DNA from: Felis catus
Lineage: Eukaryota
Length of the DNA stretch: 64,000 bases
Reading direction: 5' to 3'
Assembly: GCF_018350175.1 (NCBI RefSeq)
Contig: NC_058368.1
Span: 151,716,001-151,780,000 of the forward strand
Made by a program: the position numbers and the translations under genes
The notes under the pieces: generated by a model
Told to the model about the DNA's origin: nothing
The model's input: only the letters and a program-made list of their open reading frames with translations
Database searches by the model: none
Shown here: in pieces, positions 41,926-54,000 of the stretch
How positions within the stretch are numbered: position 1 is the stretch's first letter
How the letters are laid out: every line of letters begins with the position of its first letter

Positions 41926-44900
41926 GAAACTTAACAGGAACCCATGGGGGAGGGGAAGAAAAAAAAAAAAGAGGTTAGAGTGGGAGAGAGCCAAAGCATA
42001 AGAGACTGTTAAAAACTGAGAACAAACTGAGGGTTGATGGGGGGTGGGAGGGAGAGAGGGTGGGTGATGGGTGTTGAAGAGGGCACCTTTTGGGATGAGC
42101 ACTGGGTGTTGTATGGAAACTAATTTGACAATAAATTTCATATATAAAATTAAAAAAAAATAAAATAAAAATGCACATCACCTAGAAAAAAAAACAAACA
42201 AACAAAAAAAAACAAAATTAGGGCTACTTAATTACATATTAAATGGATAGTTATTTATTTATACTACAGAAGCAAAAGATGTCCATAGTACTAAAACTGT
42301 GAGTTATAATAACCCATCAAAGGGCCATAAAGTAATTCCTCAAAACATTTTGTATTTTTTTCATCATTGCTCCTTTTGTTCAGAAAATGTGAATTTTGAC
42401 TTGACTAATACCAACTGAGATGAATAAGAAGAGGTGATTAAGGAAAAGATCAGATGACTCAAAGAACTAAGAAGAAAGACAGCATGGGCAGGTGATGTAT
42501 TGTCAGTACATTTCTGTTTTGAGTCACAGTTTAAGCCATCTCTGAGATGGCTCAAAGAATAAAAGGAAACACAGGACAGAACAACTCTGCGGATTTTAGG
42601 GGCTAAGATGGGAGACTTTTTTTCACTAATGCCCCTTGCCATTTTTCCTAATTTTCTTAGGGACCTCTACATGGAGAAGAACATCTCCACAGGTTTAGGG
42701 TCACTTCATACAGTTTATGAACAGAGCTTAAGGTTTCAATTTTGTCAAAAATCCAAACATCAATTTTTTTCATCCTACTTTCATCAAACATTGGCTCTAC
42801 CTATCAGAATATGATTACACGAAAATTGTAAATTAATAAGCCCGAAAGTTTTGGCAGTTTCAAGGCCAAGAACTAACTATTCCTACATGTTATTTTATCT
42901 CATGTTCTGCTCTTAAGAGCCATAAAAGTAGTTGGCCTTATGTTTCTTCTTCCAATGAATTAAATTTTGCTGTTTTATACCACTTTGACAGCTCTATGGT
43001 CAAATAAACTCAGTAAATCATGTTGACTGACTGACAAAGTATTTCCTCTTCATATCAAAATATCTCAAAAGACTTCCTCTTAAAGACTTCTGACATCCCA
43101 CAGCTCATCATATAACTGGTATTACTAACCATAAAAATATTTTTATTTGAAGGGGATTCCACTGATAATGCTGCTACTCCAGGGTCTTAGAGAGGTTACC
43201 AGGCAACCTGTTCCATGATTACCCAGTGTTTAGCAGTAATTCTTGCTATTTAGCCACCAGGTGTTTTCTTTTTAAGGTCTCTAACAACCTTTAAACACAG
43301 AGTTCTCATCTTTGACTCTGTGCAGCGGTTACTTTAAGTACCTTTCTTGCAATTGGCCTAAATAACTCAAAGTTATACGTCCATCAAAATTTCATACTTT
43401 ACTACATGTAACTAAGTAACTTTGCACCATCTTAACAAAGTTTCCAGAAAATACCCAATCAAAATTCCAGTAGCGTATATTTATATATTTAAACAAGTTG
43501 AATATTAAGAAGGACATCCAAGTTATCTAATTTCATTCTTTCCTCTTAAAGATAGGTCATGTAGGACCTAGAAAAATTAAGTGACTTGTCTGAAACCATA
43601 TGCTTCATTGGCAGATGATGACAATAACATAGCAGTAAAACCTAAGAGCTAACATCTGTTGTATGCCCACCATGTGTCAAATGCTATGTTAAATGCTGTA
43701 GGTGAATTATCTCAACAAATACTGACAACCAATCTATGAGGTAAGTTCTATTCTATTCTCTGATAGCCTGTTTGAATGTCCTTTTCACTGACCTGCAAGA
43801 CCTCTTGTTAACGTTTGACGAATGATTATATGCTTAGTGTTGATATTAATCTTTCAACAAAAGTGAAATGAAAGAATGCTAAGTGGGTTTTTCTTGCCAT
43901 TTTTAACGTTAGTTATGTGATATCCATATTGTAATTTAGACATGGTTATTTTCTTAACTTTATCCCAATATTACTGTGCTATCATACTCTGACCATTGTG
44001 ATTTGTTTTTTCTATTTTATTCATAAGTCTGTAACTGAACCCTGGCAGTAAAAGCCAGTGGCTTTCATTAAGTAATTCTGAGATAATCATTGGTTGCATT
44101 TTTATTTTATGAAATCTGACTGGTATATGTTAATCCAGAGGTCTTTACAGAATATGCAAAATAACCCGTTTCATGAGCTTGTGATATAAATGAGGTCATT
44201 TCTATTTTTAGTATTCAAATTAATCTCTAGAGCCTTTACATGCCCATTAGCAGAAACTCAAGTATCTCTCTTGGGACATGTCCAACTCCCTACATATTTC
44301 AGGAACTCTAGAGACTTTCTCATTCAAAAGGATCAGTTTGGCTTCACATTTTGGGAAAAGAACTAGAAAATCTGATCCATTCAATGGAAGAAAGTTCCTT
44401 GTTTCTGCTGCAATAACTTTATTCTTAGCCATATTTGTCATTGTAGAACACATGTGGACCCATTTACTGGGATGTTAAATTTATCTGCTTCTCTGATATC
44501 ACTGGTATTCTGGCAATCCTTTCTTAGGGTCTAAAGGGCAGGAAGTTTATTTCCAAATGTTTCTTTAACCACTATAAGCCTAAGTCCCAGTTCTGAAATT
44601 ATTCCTACCATCTTGGATTTCAACCCTGAAAGTATGCCCACTGTGTGAGTGTGCTAGGGACAAGGGTGCCCCACGTTTGGGATCCCAAAATGTTGTAATA
44701 CCAAAATTAAACAGAGTCAAACTGCCTAAGATCATCCCTGGATCAACTGTGTGATCTTGGTCAAGTCATTTATCCTTCCAGCTTTCCTATGGGAAAAATG
44801 TGCATCATAAGGTTGTTTTGAGTTGATTTATATGAGGCACATGAAAATATCCTTGCTACAGTAATATTATTTTATTGTTATTAAATAGTCACTATCTGAA

Positions 44901-45034
44901 AGCACGGCATTGGGAGAGACTACCACCTTGAGACAAACTCATCACCACCTTTGTGCACCAACCCATGACCATATAGGTCTTGGCAGTGAACTCAGTCACC
45001 ACTCCACTCATCCTACGTGGTATAAATGCACTGA

Positions 45035-45230
45035 GGTGCCCTGGGGAATCTCTGTTACCTGTAGACTTCTGTTATCTATCTCAATTCATCACAGACAATA
45101 TGGTAGGATTGAATCTTAAAAAGAAGTGGTATAGGTCTTGATCCCTTTGTTCCCAAAAGGTTCCCTGACCCCTATACAAATTTTCCACTTCCTTCTCAGT
45201 TACCAACACTACTAATTAACTGGGTATCAG
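45035..45230 (+). repeat. Diverged direct repeat, copy A (partner at 47342-47540)
   Basis: Manual alignment; core 45135-45185 vs 47450-47499 is 43/51 identical. Confidence 0.8.
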
Positions 45231-45947
45231 AGGAACACTGCTCACTCAAAAAGAATATCTTGCTATACTCTTTTACCAGGGCAATAATATATACTTGCCT
45301 TATATTTATACTTGCAGAGTAAACCTTAGAGGAAACATTCTAAAGCCAAAGAAGGAATTTGTCTAAGGCAATTTTCTCTTTACACCAAGATAAAGACTCT
45401 AGAAGAGTTACTTGTTTTCGTTTTTTTTTTTTTTTTAATAATTAATGTTCTAGCTAAATCATGAGCTGTGGTCTCCATTTATTTCATACCTAATTACAAA
45501 GTTTGCTTTTTGATAGGAAAACTTGTGTGTATATCTGAAGGATCTGAGACTGAAAGCACAGAATTTTAACGACAACAGAAGTAAAATCCATAATAATCCA
45601 AGCATAACCCACTGTGCCTTTTGAAATCATACATGTATTCACTATGCTACTGCTAATTCAGAGAAGGAGTGATTAAAATTCTCCACTCTGGAAAACGGTC
45701 TGTAGTAGATAGGTCCCCAAAAGCTGCTTATGAAGTTGCATAGCTGGTAATCTAATCACACCCTATGCAAACATAAAACTCCCTCAACATCACACCTTTT
45801 CCTATGACTGCATATACTAATAATGTACCTAAAACTGGGTCTGTGCCTCCAGTAAATATTTAATCCACTCTATTACATGTTTTTATCTATCTTTATACTA
45901 TATGCATTCTTTGCCAGTAAGTACTCTATGTTTGTATTGTTTCTTTT

Positions 45948-46159
45948 TTTAAAATTTTTTTAAACGTTTTTATTCATTTTTAAGAGACAGAGTGTGAGCA
46001 GGGGAGGGGCAGAGAAAGAGAGAGACACAGAATCCAAAGTAGGCCCCAGGGTCTGAGCTGTCAGCACAGAGCCCTACGCGGGACTTGAACCCATGAACCA
46101 TGAGATCATGACCTGAGCTGACATCAGATGTTTAATGGACTGAGCCACCCAGGCTCCCC
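45948..46159 (-). mobile_element. CAN-SINE
   Basis: Reverse head ...tgagccacccaggctcccc; TSD tgtatt(g/a)tttctttt at 45933-45947 and 46160-46174. Confidence 0.95.
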
Positions 46160-46668
46160 TGTATTATTTCTTTTACATAAAAGGGACCAAGGTAATGAAA
46201 AGCTTGATATAAACATTGTACACTTCAGAATACTCATACTAAAAACTAGGAAGTAATTATTGTACTTTGTACCAATCTTATAAAAATAAATTATAGTATA
46301 AAAGAGAATTTATAAAAATAATATTTTTATTTTTTGAAGACCAGGAAGGATTTATCACATTAAAAAATCATCAAATTAACAAAAAACATTAGAATTTATA
46401 AATGAGTGACTGGGATGAGGTATTGTGCCCTAAGAATCTAGGGTTCTCTCATCTAGTTATTTGAGAAGTGATTGCTGTTGGTTTATAAAGTATACTGTGG
46501 TCAGAACATTACTTTTAAAGGAAAAACCACATGATACTTAAGTGTGAAAAGTAGATGTGCATTACTTACAGTCTTTGCTTATGATACAACAGAACATGAA
46601 CATTACTTTAACTCTCTTTGTAGCAATGCTGCTATGATGCCATCAAGAGAACCAAACTTTGGTAGTCC

Positions 46669-47076
46669 AAGTTCATGGATACCCTATTATAATGCCATTA
46701 TGGTAGGAAAATGATTTCAGGGCAAGTTAATGGAAACCACATTATACTGGTAAGCGATTTTATTGTAAGTCTACAAAGACCACATTATAATGGTCAAACA
46801 ATTTCCCTGTAAGTCTATGAAGGCTGCATTAATAATGCCATTAGAAGAGCAAAACAATTTCAAATAAACTCTATGGGGACTCATTTCACTGTCATGATGG
46901 TGGCAAAATGATTTCAGGGTATGTTTACGGAGAACCCCTTACAATGCCATTATGACAGCATTACAATAGTAAAAAGAAATTATGGGGAGCCCATTATAAT
47001 GCCATTATAATTCCATTACATTGGTTAAAAGATTTCAGAGTAGTTCTACAGCAACACTACTACAATGGTAACAATT
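46669..47076. repeat. Degenerate tandem array, about 8 units of roughly 43-65 bp (last unit partial)
   Basis: Recurring aagtctatgg...cattataatgccatta...aaa(tg/ca/cg)atttc blocks. Confidence 0.8.
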
Positions 47077-47341
47077 AGGTCATAGAAAATATCATAGTAG
47101 ATGACACTTACAAGGAAAAACCAGGTCTATGTTTGGAAAGATCAGATTAGTGTTCAGAAAAGAATCAGGTCTATTAAAGTCTTAACCTTACTGAGTTTGT
47201 GTAATTTTATGAAAACTTCACCCCTAGTTTATCCCATCTGTCTTCAGGGATGGAGGTATTATGATTTAAATTAAAAATTCAATCTCTCTCCTATGATGTA
47301 ATTTATTTTTATTGCTCCTAACATTTTACCACCTAGAATAT

Positions 47342-47540
47342 GGTGCCCCTGGGGAACTTAATCCTACCTGTGGACCTCTGTTGTCTAGCTGCCACAATCC
47401 ATTAAAGAAGATTGAACTTTGAGCCCCAAGAGGGAAGGGGTGGGGGGGTGTCTTAATCTCTTTGTTCCCAGAAGGTTCCTTGACCTAATGCAAATTTTCT
47501 CAACTCCTCCCTGATCAATTCTGCCTTTTAAGTGGATATT
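47342..47540 (+). repeat. Diverged direct repeat, copy B (partner at 45035-45230)
   Basis: ggtgcccctggggaa...tacctgtggacctctgttgtcta and gtcttaatctctttgttcccagaaggttcc align to copy A. Confidence 0.8.
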
Positions 47541-47715
47541 CAAAAACCAATTCATAGTTGGCCAATGTTTAAGATTTTGCTACCACATCAGTCAAATTTA
47601 GTTTCGTGAAAATGAATCTATTATATGACTATGGATTCTATCCCTATCTTTAGCTGATTGATAAGCATGTGCTATTAACAAGAATATAGAGTATGTAAGG
47701 AAAATAAAAATGACT

Positions 47716-48373
47716 TAGTGCACTGAATAATGGTCCCCCAAAGATGTACACATCCTAATCCCTAGAACCTATGAGTATGTTATGTTACATGGTAAAAGGG
47801 TCTTTGCAGATGTGGTTAAGGATGCTGAGGGGCACCAGGGTGGCTCAGCTGGCTAAGTGTCCAACCTCAGCTCAGGTCAAGATCTCATGGTTTGTGAGTC
47901 TGAGCTCTGCATCAGGCCTCCATTCTCAGCAAAGCCCACTTAGGATCCTCATTCTTCCTCTCTCTCTGTCCCTCCCCCGCTGGCATGCGGATGCATGTGC
48001 TCTCTCAGAAATAAATTTAAAACAATAAGGATGTTGGAACTAGGAAGATTATCCTCAACTATGAGGGTGGACCTGTGTAATTGTGAGGGTCCTTATGAGA
48101 GGGAGGTAGGAAGGTCAAAGACAGGAAAAGTGACGTATAGGTAGAAGCAAAGATTGGTGAGATGATACCATGACCCACAGAACGCTGGAAGTCTTTACAA
48201 GTTGGAACAGGCAAAAAAGTGATTTTTATTTTTCTTGGAGACTCCAGACAGAACCAGCCCTGCCAATACCTTGACTTTAGCCCTTTAAGGCTCATTTTGG
48301 ACTATTTACCTCCAGAACTGTAAGAGAATATATTTCTGTTGTTTTAAACCATTCAACTTGTGGTAATTTGTTA
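47716..48373 (+). mobile_element. MaLR LTR (MLT1D-like) interrupted by a SINE
   Basis: gaataatggtcccccaaagatgtacacatcctaatccctagaacct...cctccagaactgtaagagaata. Confidence 0.85.
47829..48025 (+). mobile_element. CAN-SINE inside the MLT1 LTR
   Basis: Head ggggcaccagggtggctcag; TSD taaggatg(c/t)tg(a/g) at 47817-47828 and 48026-48037. Confidence 0.92.
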
Positions 48374-48639
48374 AAAACTTTGTTCTAAAGATGAGACAAA
48401 AATTAACCCATTATGTTCAACTTTTATGAGACAGAATGTAATTATTTCTTTGTAATTACTCCACTTATTTGCTTGTATGTATTTAGGTGTTGGATCTTCC
48501 TTTCTTGGCAAGAGACAGAATATATGCATATGGAGATACTTTAGAGGCTATGAGACAGAAAAAAAAATAAAAGGACACAAGATCAGTTACCCCAGCCTGG
48601 AGTGAGGACAGAGCAAATTTAGCATGGCATAAGAAAACA

Positions 48640-48999
48640 AATAGTGCTCAGCCAGAGTCACTGTGCTCATTCACATTTCCCAGCCCCCTTTGCACTTGGG
48701 TTGGGGACACAGAAGTGTGTTCTGGCAAATGAGAACATGAGTGAAAGTGATGTGCCACTCCTCCAACAAAGCATTCAAGATCAAGTTTGTCTCCTACTCT
48801 CTTCCCCTTCTACAACCAACTTGGAAGTTATATGATGATTAAGGGGAGATGACAAAATGGAAGAAACTGCAATCCTTGAGTTACCAAATGGAAAAGAACT
48901 CTCTGCTAAGCAATGTTGGATACTTCTTTGTGTTAAGATACAAAGATTTTGGACTTTGTCTGTTGTGGCAACTAGTATTAATTACCTTGACTAACAACA
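48640..48999 (+). mobile_element. Old MaLR LTR (MLT1I-like)
   Basis: cacatttcccagcccccttt...ttctggcaaatgagaacatgagtgaaagtgatgtgccact...ttaccttgactaacaaca. Confidence 0.65.
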
Positions 49000-49541
49000 T
49001 ACAGAGAGCAAAAAGATAATTGAAAATTCCTTCCCAAAGTTCTTTTATTTGGAATTAACTTCATTTCTTCCAGAGGCCATAGTATCCTAGCCCCAAACAA
49101 AAGTTGTATAGCTCTTAACAACCACAGCAGCATAAGAGAAAAGGCAATAGGAGATGGGGCTTAGAGATATTATTCCACAAAAAGATATATCATAAGAAGA
49201 ACTGATATCCTGGAATAGCATTATTGTGAGGAGGGTGTTACAAAGGAACATGTTTTGTAGCTACTGTTAATTTAATTTTCTTAAAAGAGATTTGGAGAAG
49301 GATTGAAGATAAAAACAAGAAATTTTTATGAGGGAGAAGTAAGTTTAAGGGCAAGGTAAGTTTGGGAAGCCAAACCTCAAAGGTAGTTGCACAGAGAAGG
49401 GGAGTGAATCTAGTTTAATATAATTGTGTGAGCTGACTTACTCCCAAACAACTAGTTTTCCAATGAAGATTCATTTTAAGACACATTAGTGAATTTCAAG
49501 CCCCAAGAAAAAGACTCAGACCTTACCAATATTCCAGAGTA

Positions 49542-49955
49542 TGTGGGCAAGGACATTATGCCACTGAACTCTGCCTGACAGAACCTGGTTGTAGGCACAC
49601 TTAGCTGACAGCCTTCAACTACAGCACCTCTAGATCCAGTGTGTTGTTGGTGCTGAGTCCATGCTACCCCAGCTGATGACTACACATATGGGGTTAGCCA
49701 TGCATAGTGATAGACTCTAGCGAGAAGCCATTGCTAGGGGACTCTTAATCAGCCTGGCTGAAAATTTCTCATAACTGCAATGAATCTCAAGTGTTTCCTA
49801 TCCAATTCTCCTTTCTTCCATTTCTCCTTTCACAAATGCCAGACGGGCATCATGCCAGGATATAGGCCTTCTACTCTTCTACTACCCTACACCCATAATC
49901 TTCACAGACTTTTCCAGCTTATCATCCAATGTTTCTGAAAAGAACTGCAGTGACA
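49542..49955 (+). mobile_element. ERVL LTR (LTR16A-like), possibly followed by about 100 bp of internal sequence
   Basis: cagcctggctgaaaatttctc...cctatccaattctcctttcttcc...tctcctttcacaaatgccagac; TG...CA ends. Confidence 0.6.
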
Positions 49956-50716
49956 CGGGTGACATTGGAAGTCATGTTCTGGGGCTGGCCCCTGTTCTCC
50001 CTCAGACAGCAATGAGGAAACCCATCCTGTGTAGAATCAGGAGCATGCTTAGCTTAGCTCCTGGCACAGGTGACTGTTAGTTCTTCAGTATCAATTTTTT
50101 TATCCAAAATGTATTTGTTTATCTGTTTATTTTTTCATTGCCCATTCACGGGTTTGGTCTGGCTGTTGGGCAATACAGACTTGCGATGGGACAGTGAATA
50201 CTTACTCTGTATCAGTGAGGTACACCAACAATTTATGCCTAACCTACTTTTTTTAGCCCAAAAAATCAGAGGAATCAGGCTTTCTCAGAGCCCCACCCCA
50301 AAGTTGTCTAGTAAATCATTTCATGAAAGTAAATCATTGCATGCACATATATGCAGTATATGTAGATCTTTCTTTAACCTTCAAGTGTGTATCTTTCAGA
50401 TACTGATTTTAGGATACATTTATAAGAATTTGTCTCATGATTCTCTCATATACAAGAGGAACAGAGCAAGCTGGTATATGGATCAATAATTATGTCCTGG
50501 ATGTCCTTACCTGTAACAATGTTTGAGTTTATTAGCAGGTGAAGTATAGTACTGTTTCATATAGTCATCGATTCCTGGCCTCCCATGTTGTGTTTAACTG
50601 CAATGCATAATTTGCAGTTAATTTTGTGGAGCATGTTAGGGAAAAGGGAGAATGTAAGCAAAGGTATAGAACATTTGACTTTGGACAGAAATTATTATTG
50701 AATTTAAAATTGTGTA

Positions 50717-51030
50717 GGAGCACCTTGGGTGTCTCAGTCAATTAAGCATCTGACTTTGGTTTCAGGTCATGATCTCGCCTGAACTCTGATCTTCTCAGAG
50801 TTCGAACCCTGCATCGGGCTCTGTTCTAACAGCTCAGACAGGGCCTGAAGCCTGTTTCAGATTCCATGTCTCCCTCTCTTTCTGCTCCCCCTCTGCCCCC
50901 CCTCCGATCCCTCACTCCTGCTATCTCTCTCTCTCTCAAAATAAATAAACAGTAATAAAATAAAATAAAATAAAATAAAATAAAATAAAATAAAATAAAA
51001 TAAAATAAAATAAAATAAAATAAAATAAAA
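50717..51030 (+). mobile_element. CAN-SINE whose tail expanded into (TAAAA)16 (50956-51035)
   Basis: Degenerate head, B-box gagttcgaacc; TSD taaaattgtgt at 50705-50715 and 51031-51041. Confidence 0.93.
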
Positions 51031-54000
51031 TAAAATTGTGTGACAAGTTCTTGCATGCAAGAGCTCAAGATATAAGGCTTTTGCATATTTGCATGGAGGT
51101 AAGCACTCAAAAAGTGTCTATTGTTCCTCAACAAAATTAGCAAAAGCAACATTACATCCAATGCCAAGAGCATGCTAAAAATGTTCCTTTAAACAAATCT
51201 ACAAAGCAACTGTTAGAGAAAAGTGAAACGCCAAAATAAATGCAACCAAATAAAGGTAGGCAAAAATTACTGGAAGACAGATGGGAAGATCTTACCAAAC
51301 CTGTCATGTAAATCAATCTACCTGAAATCAAAGTGTGGAAATGTTCAATATCATTGATATGGAGCTATTAAAAGTAACATAGCAATTGTTTAGGATTGTT
51401 GAGACTTGTAACAAACTTGATCCAGCAAAGATTGTAGATAATCCATGTTAAAAACCACAGACTCATCCCTAGGATTTTCTAAGACCAAAGCCATGTTTCC
51501 CATAAGGATCTATTAATGGTTCACTTGATAATACATTTGGTTAGGAGAATAAAAACGTGTTAACATGAAGCAAAATAGAAAAGCAAAGCAAAACCCCTCT
51601 GGAAATAGAATAAGTGAAATTCGAGGTTGTCACTATAAATATTCAAGACAAATATTCAAGTTTCTTCTTGATTCTATTTCATAATTAAAAAATAAGGCAT
51701 CATACAATATTTATGCACCCCTACACCCCAAATTTCCAAAATAATATTTTGGATATTTATGGTTCAATTAAGTCTAAAAGGAACTGTTTTACTCTTTTCC
51801 CTTTTAGTATTAGCAACTATGTGCAATTTCAGAGATATTTCATCCTTATGTTTCTTATTCATTTGCAACTAAAATGATTCAAAAAGTTACCTTTTGACAT
51901 TTTTAGAATCATTCCCCATGAAGAAAGGGAGGTCATGCTTTGCCAAGAAGGTATGAACTCGAATAATCCAAGGTTTAAGTTAGGTTTCACATTTCAACCA
52001 CAAGAACATCCACTGAGCTTTCAACTCAGAGAAATAAGTTCTCAAATTTTATGCTTCTCACCTGCTAAACTTCCCATGGTCATGACAAGAATCTTAACCA
52101 ATAAATTCAAGACACTGTGAAGGTGAGAAATGACTGAATTTTGTGAGGACTGGGAAGCTATATTCTAGGCAAATCCATCTCTAATCTTGGGGCTACAAGA
52201 AGGGACAGGATTGCACTTGAGGAAGTCACCAGGACACAAAAAGATAGTCTCTTGGAACCCGGTGATAACCACCTGTACATCTCCTGAGTTCTGACAGATA
52301 TTAAGGTCTAGGTTCAGATGCATTCCCAAGCCACATGAACTTACAGTGGTGAATTCTGGAAAGCTAACTCTGTCCTCAATAGTTGAGATTCTACAGCAAG
52401 TTATCAAAAGCTAGACTCAGGTACACTTTTTACCACACTTATGCTTGGTTCCACTGAAGACAACACTAGATTTATCTTATACTCTGTGAGTAGAAGTGAA
52501 GATCAAGTTAATCTCCACAGACTTTCTGACTCTGTTTTTCATCAGAAAAACCTTTAGTATATTTCTTAGAAAGGGTGAGATGACTTCTACCTTTAAGCTG
52601 GACCTGGGATCAGAGCTGAGCTATAGCAGAAGAGCTCTCAGACATCTACACCTTGCCCTTCTGCATGGCCTACATTTCCTTGATTTTTCCAGGGTAGCAG
52701 AAGGCATATAAATGGCCTGTTGCCCTGGAAACTGCAAAGTGGCCTGCCACAGTACTTTCCTGGCCTATGTGGGGAGGACTTGACTGTCGTCATTATTAAA
52801 TGCAGAAGGAGAAAATAGTAACAGTTAAGTGCTTCACAAAATGCCCTACTGTTTATACCTACTTCTGCCCTCCTAGCTGCTTTTAAGGGTCAGGGTTGGG
52901 ACAAAGTCTATCTTTATTTTATACACAGCAGCAACCATAACTGACAAACTAGAGAGGGCAAGAAGTATGGTCCAAAGGACACTGGATTGAAAGTTGCAAG
53001 ATTTGGTTTTAGCCACAAACCAGTTTTGTGACCTTTAGCAAGTCACATAAGTTAAGTCATTCCCAGTATGCTCATTTGAAAGAAAAATGCCCCGAGGATC
53101 CTCTGATTTCCTCATGTCTGTACAGAAGTATGGTTCTGGGTTTTTAAGTGGTGGCGCAAGGGTCAGTAGGAGTTACAGAGTGTCCTTTACGGATACATAG
53201 GTTATTTAAAAAAAAATGTTAGGCTGTATTTGTGTCATGCTGAAATTAAAGTCTCATCCAAGTTCTAGTTGTTTTAGTTCCATGAAAGGATGGAATTGGT
53301 GCTCCGGTGTATATAAATAGATGAGCTGTTGAGGTCAGCATGGAAAAATATCTTGGGTGCAGTTGACACGAAGTGGCCATGAATGATGGGGAAACAGAGT
53401 CCAGTTGGTTCATCTCATGTCATACTTGAAAGATCATTTGTGCATTTGTGCATTTATGCTTAAAAGAGCTGACTCAGTAATGCTGTGACAGCTTTTAACT
53501 TAGAATTCTCTTATTTTTCTGGATTTCTGTCTCCTTCTTAATGGTATTTTAATGCAGTTTTTGTGTTCAATTATAATAGTGTTGCTAAATACAGTAGGTC
53601 TGATTCCACAGAAGAAGAATAGTTTTTTCAAAATCAGCATTTTCCTGCTGATTTGCCAGCTGTTTCAATAAATACTCATCTCCCAACTTCAAACGAGTAT
53701 ATTGCACTCTTACTAAATATAAATGCCATCTACAGCTACTGTATTCTGGCTTTCGAGTTTTCTGTAAAATCAAACACAAAATATACTCTATGCGGGACCC
53801 CTTTTTTGACCATATGCAGGTGATTTTGCTGACTCAGGTGTCCTGACAAGTAATCAATGTTTGGTTCTCCAATCATTTTTTCCCAACATAGATGGCTAAG
53901 TAGGAGCGAGTGAATTAGCACCACCTCTTCCAGTTTTGCCATCTCTATTATCTCTATCTCTAAACTACAAGAAATTACTAGTCAGGGCAACTTAAATTTA

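Larger units (their letters stand above)
38358..42211 (+). mobile_element. Young felid LINE-1, 5'-truncated within the ORF2 endonuclease domain
   Basis: ORF2 homology, G-rich 3' UTR, A-tail; perfect 17-bp TSD acaaaattagggctact at 38341-38357 and 42212-42228. Confidence 0.98.

Noticed and set aside
38800..42181. Antisense and alternative-frame ORFs within the L1
   Set aside because: Shadow ORFs of L1 ORF2 and its 3' UTR
44274..44283. p53-type half site GGACATGTCC (another at 3372-3381)
   Set aside because: No adjacent second half site
46669..47076. CRISPR-like interpretation of the array
   Set aside because: Mammalian context, no identical repeats, no unique spacers, no cas genes
50070..50489. 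139-aa ORF and a minus-strand GTAAGT donor near 50200-50205
   Set aside because: No protein similarity recognised; the candidate minus-strand exon has stops in all three frames
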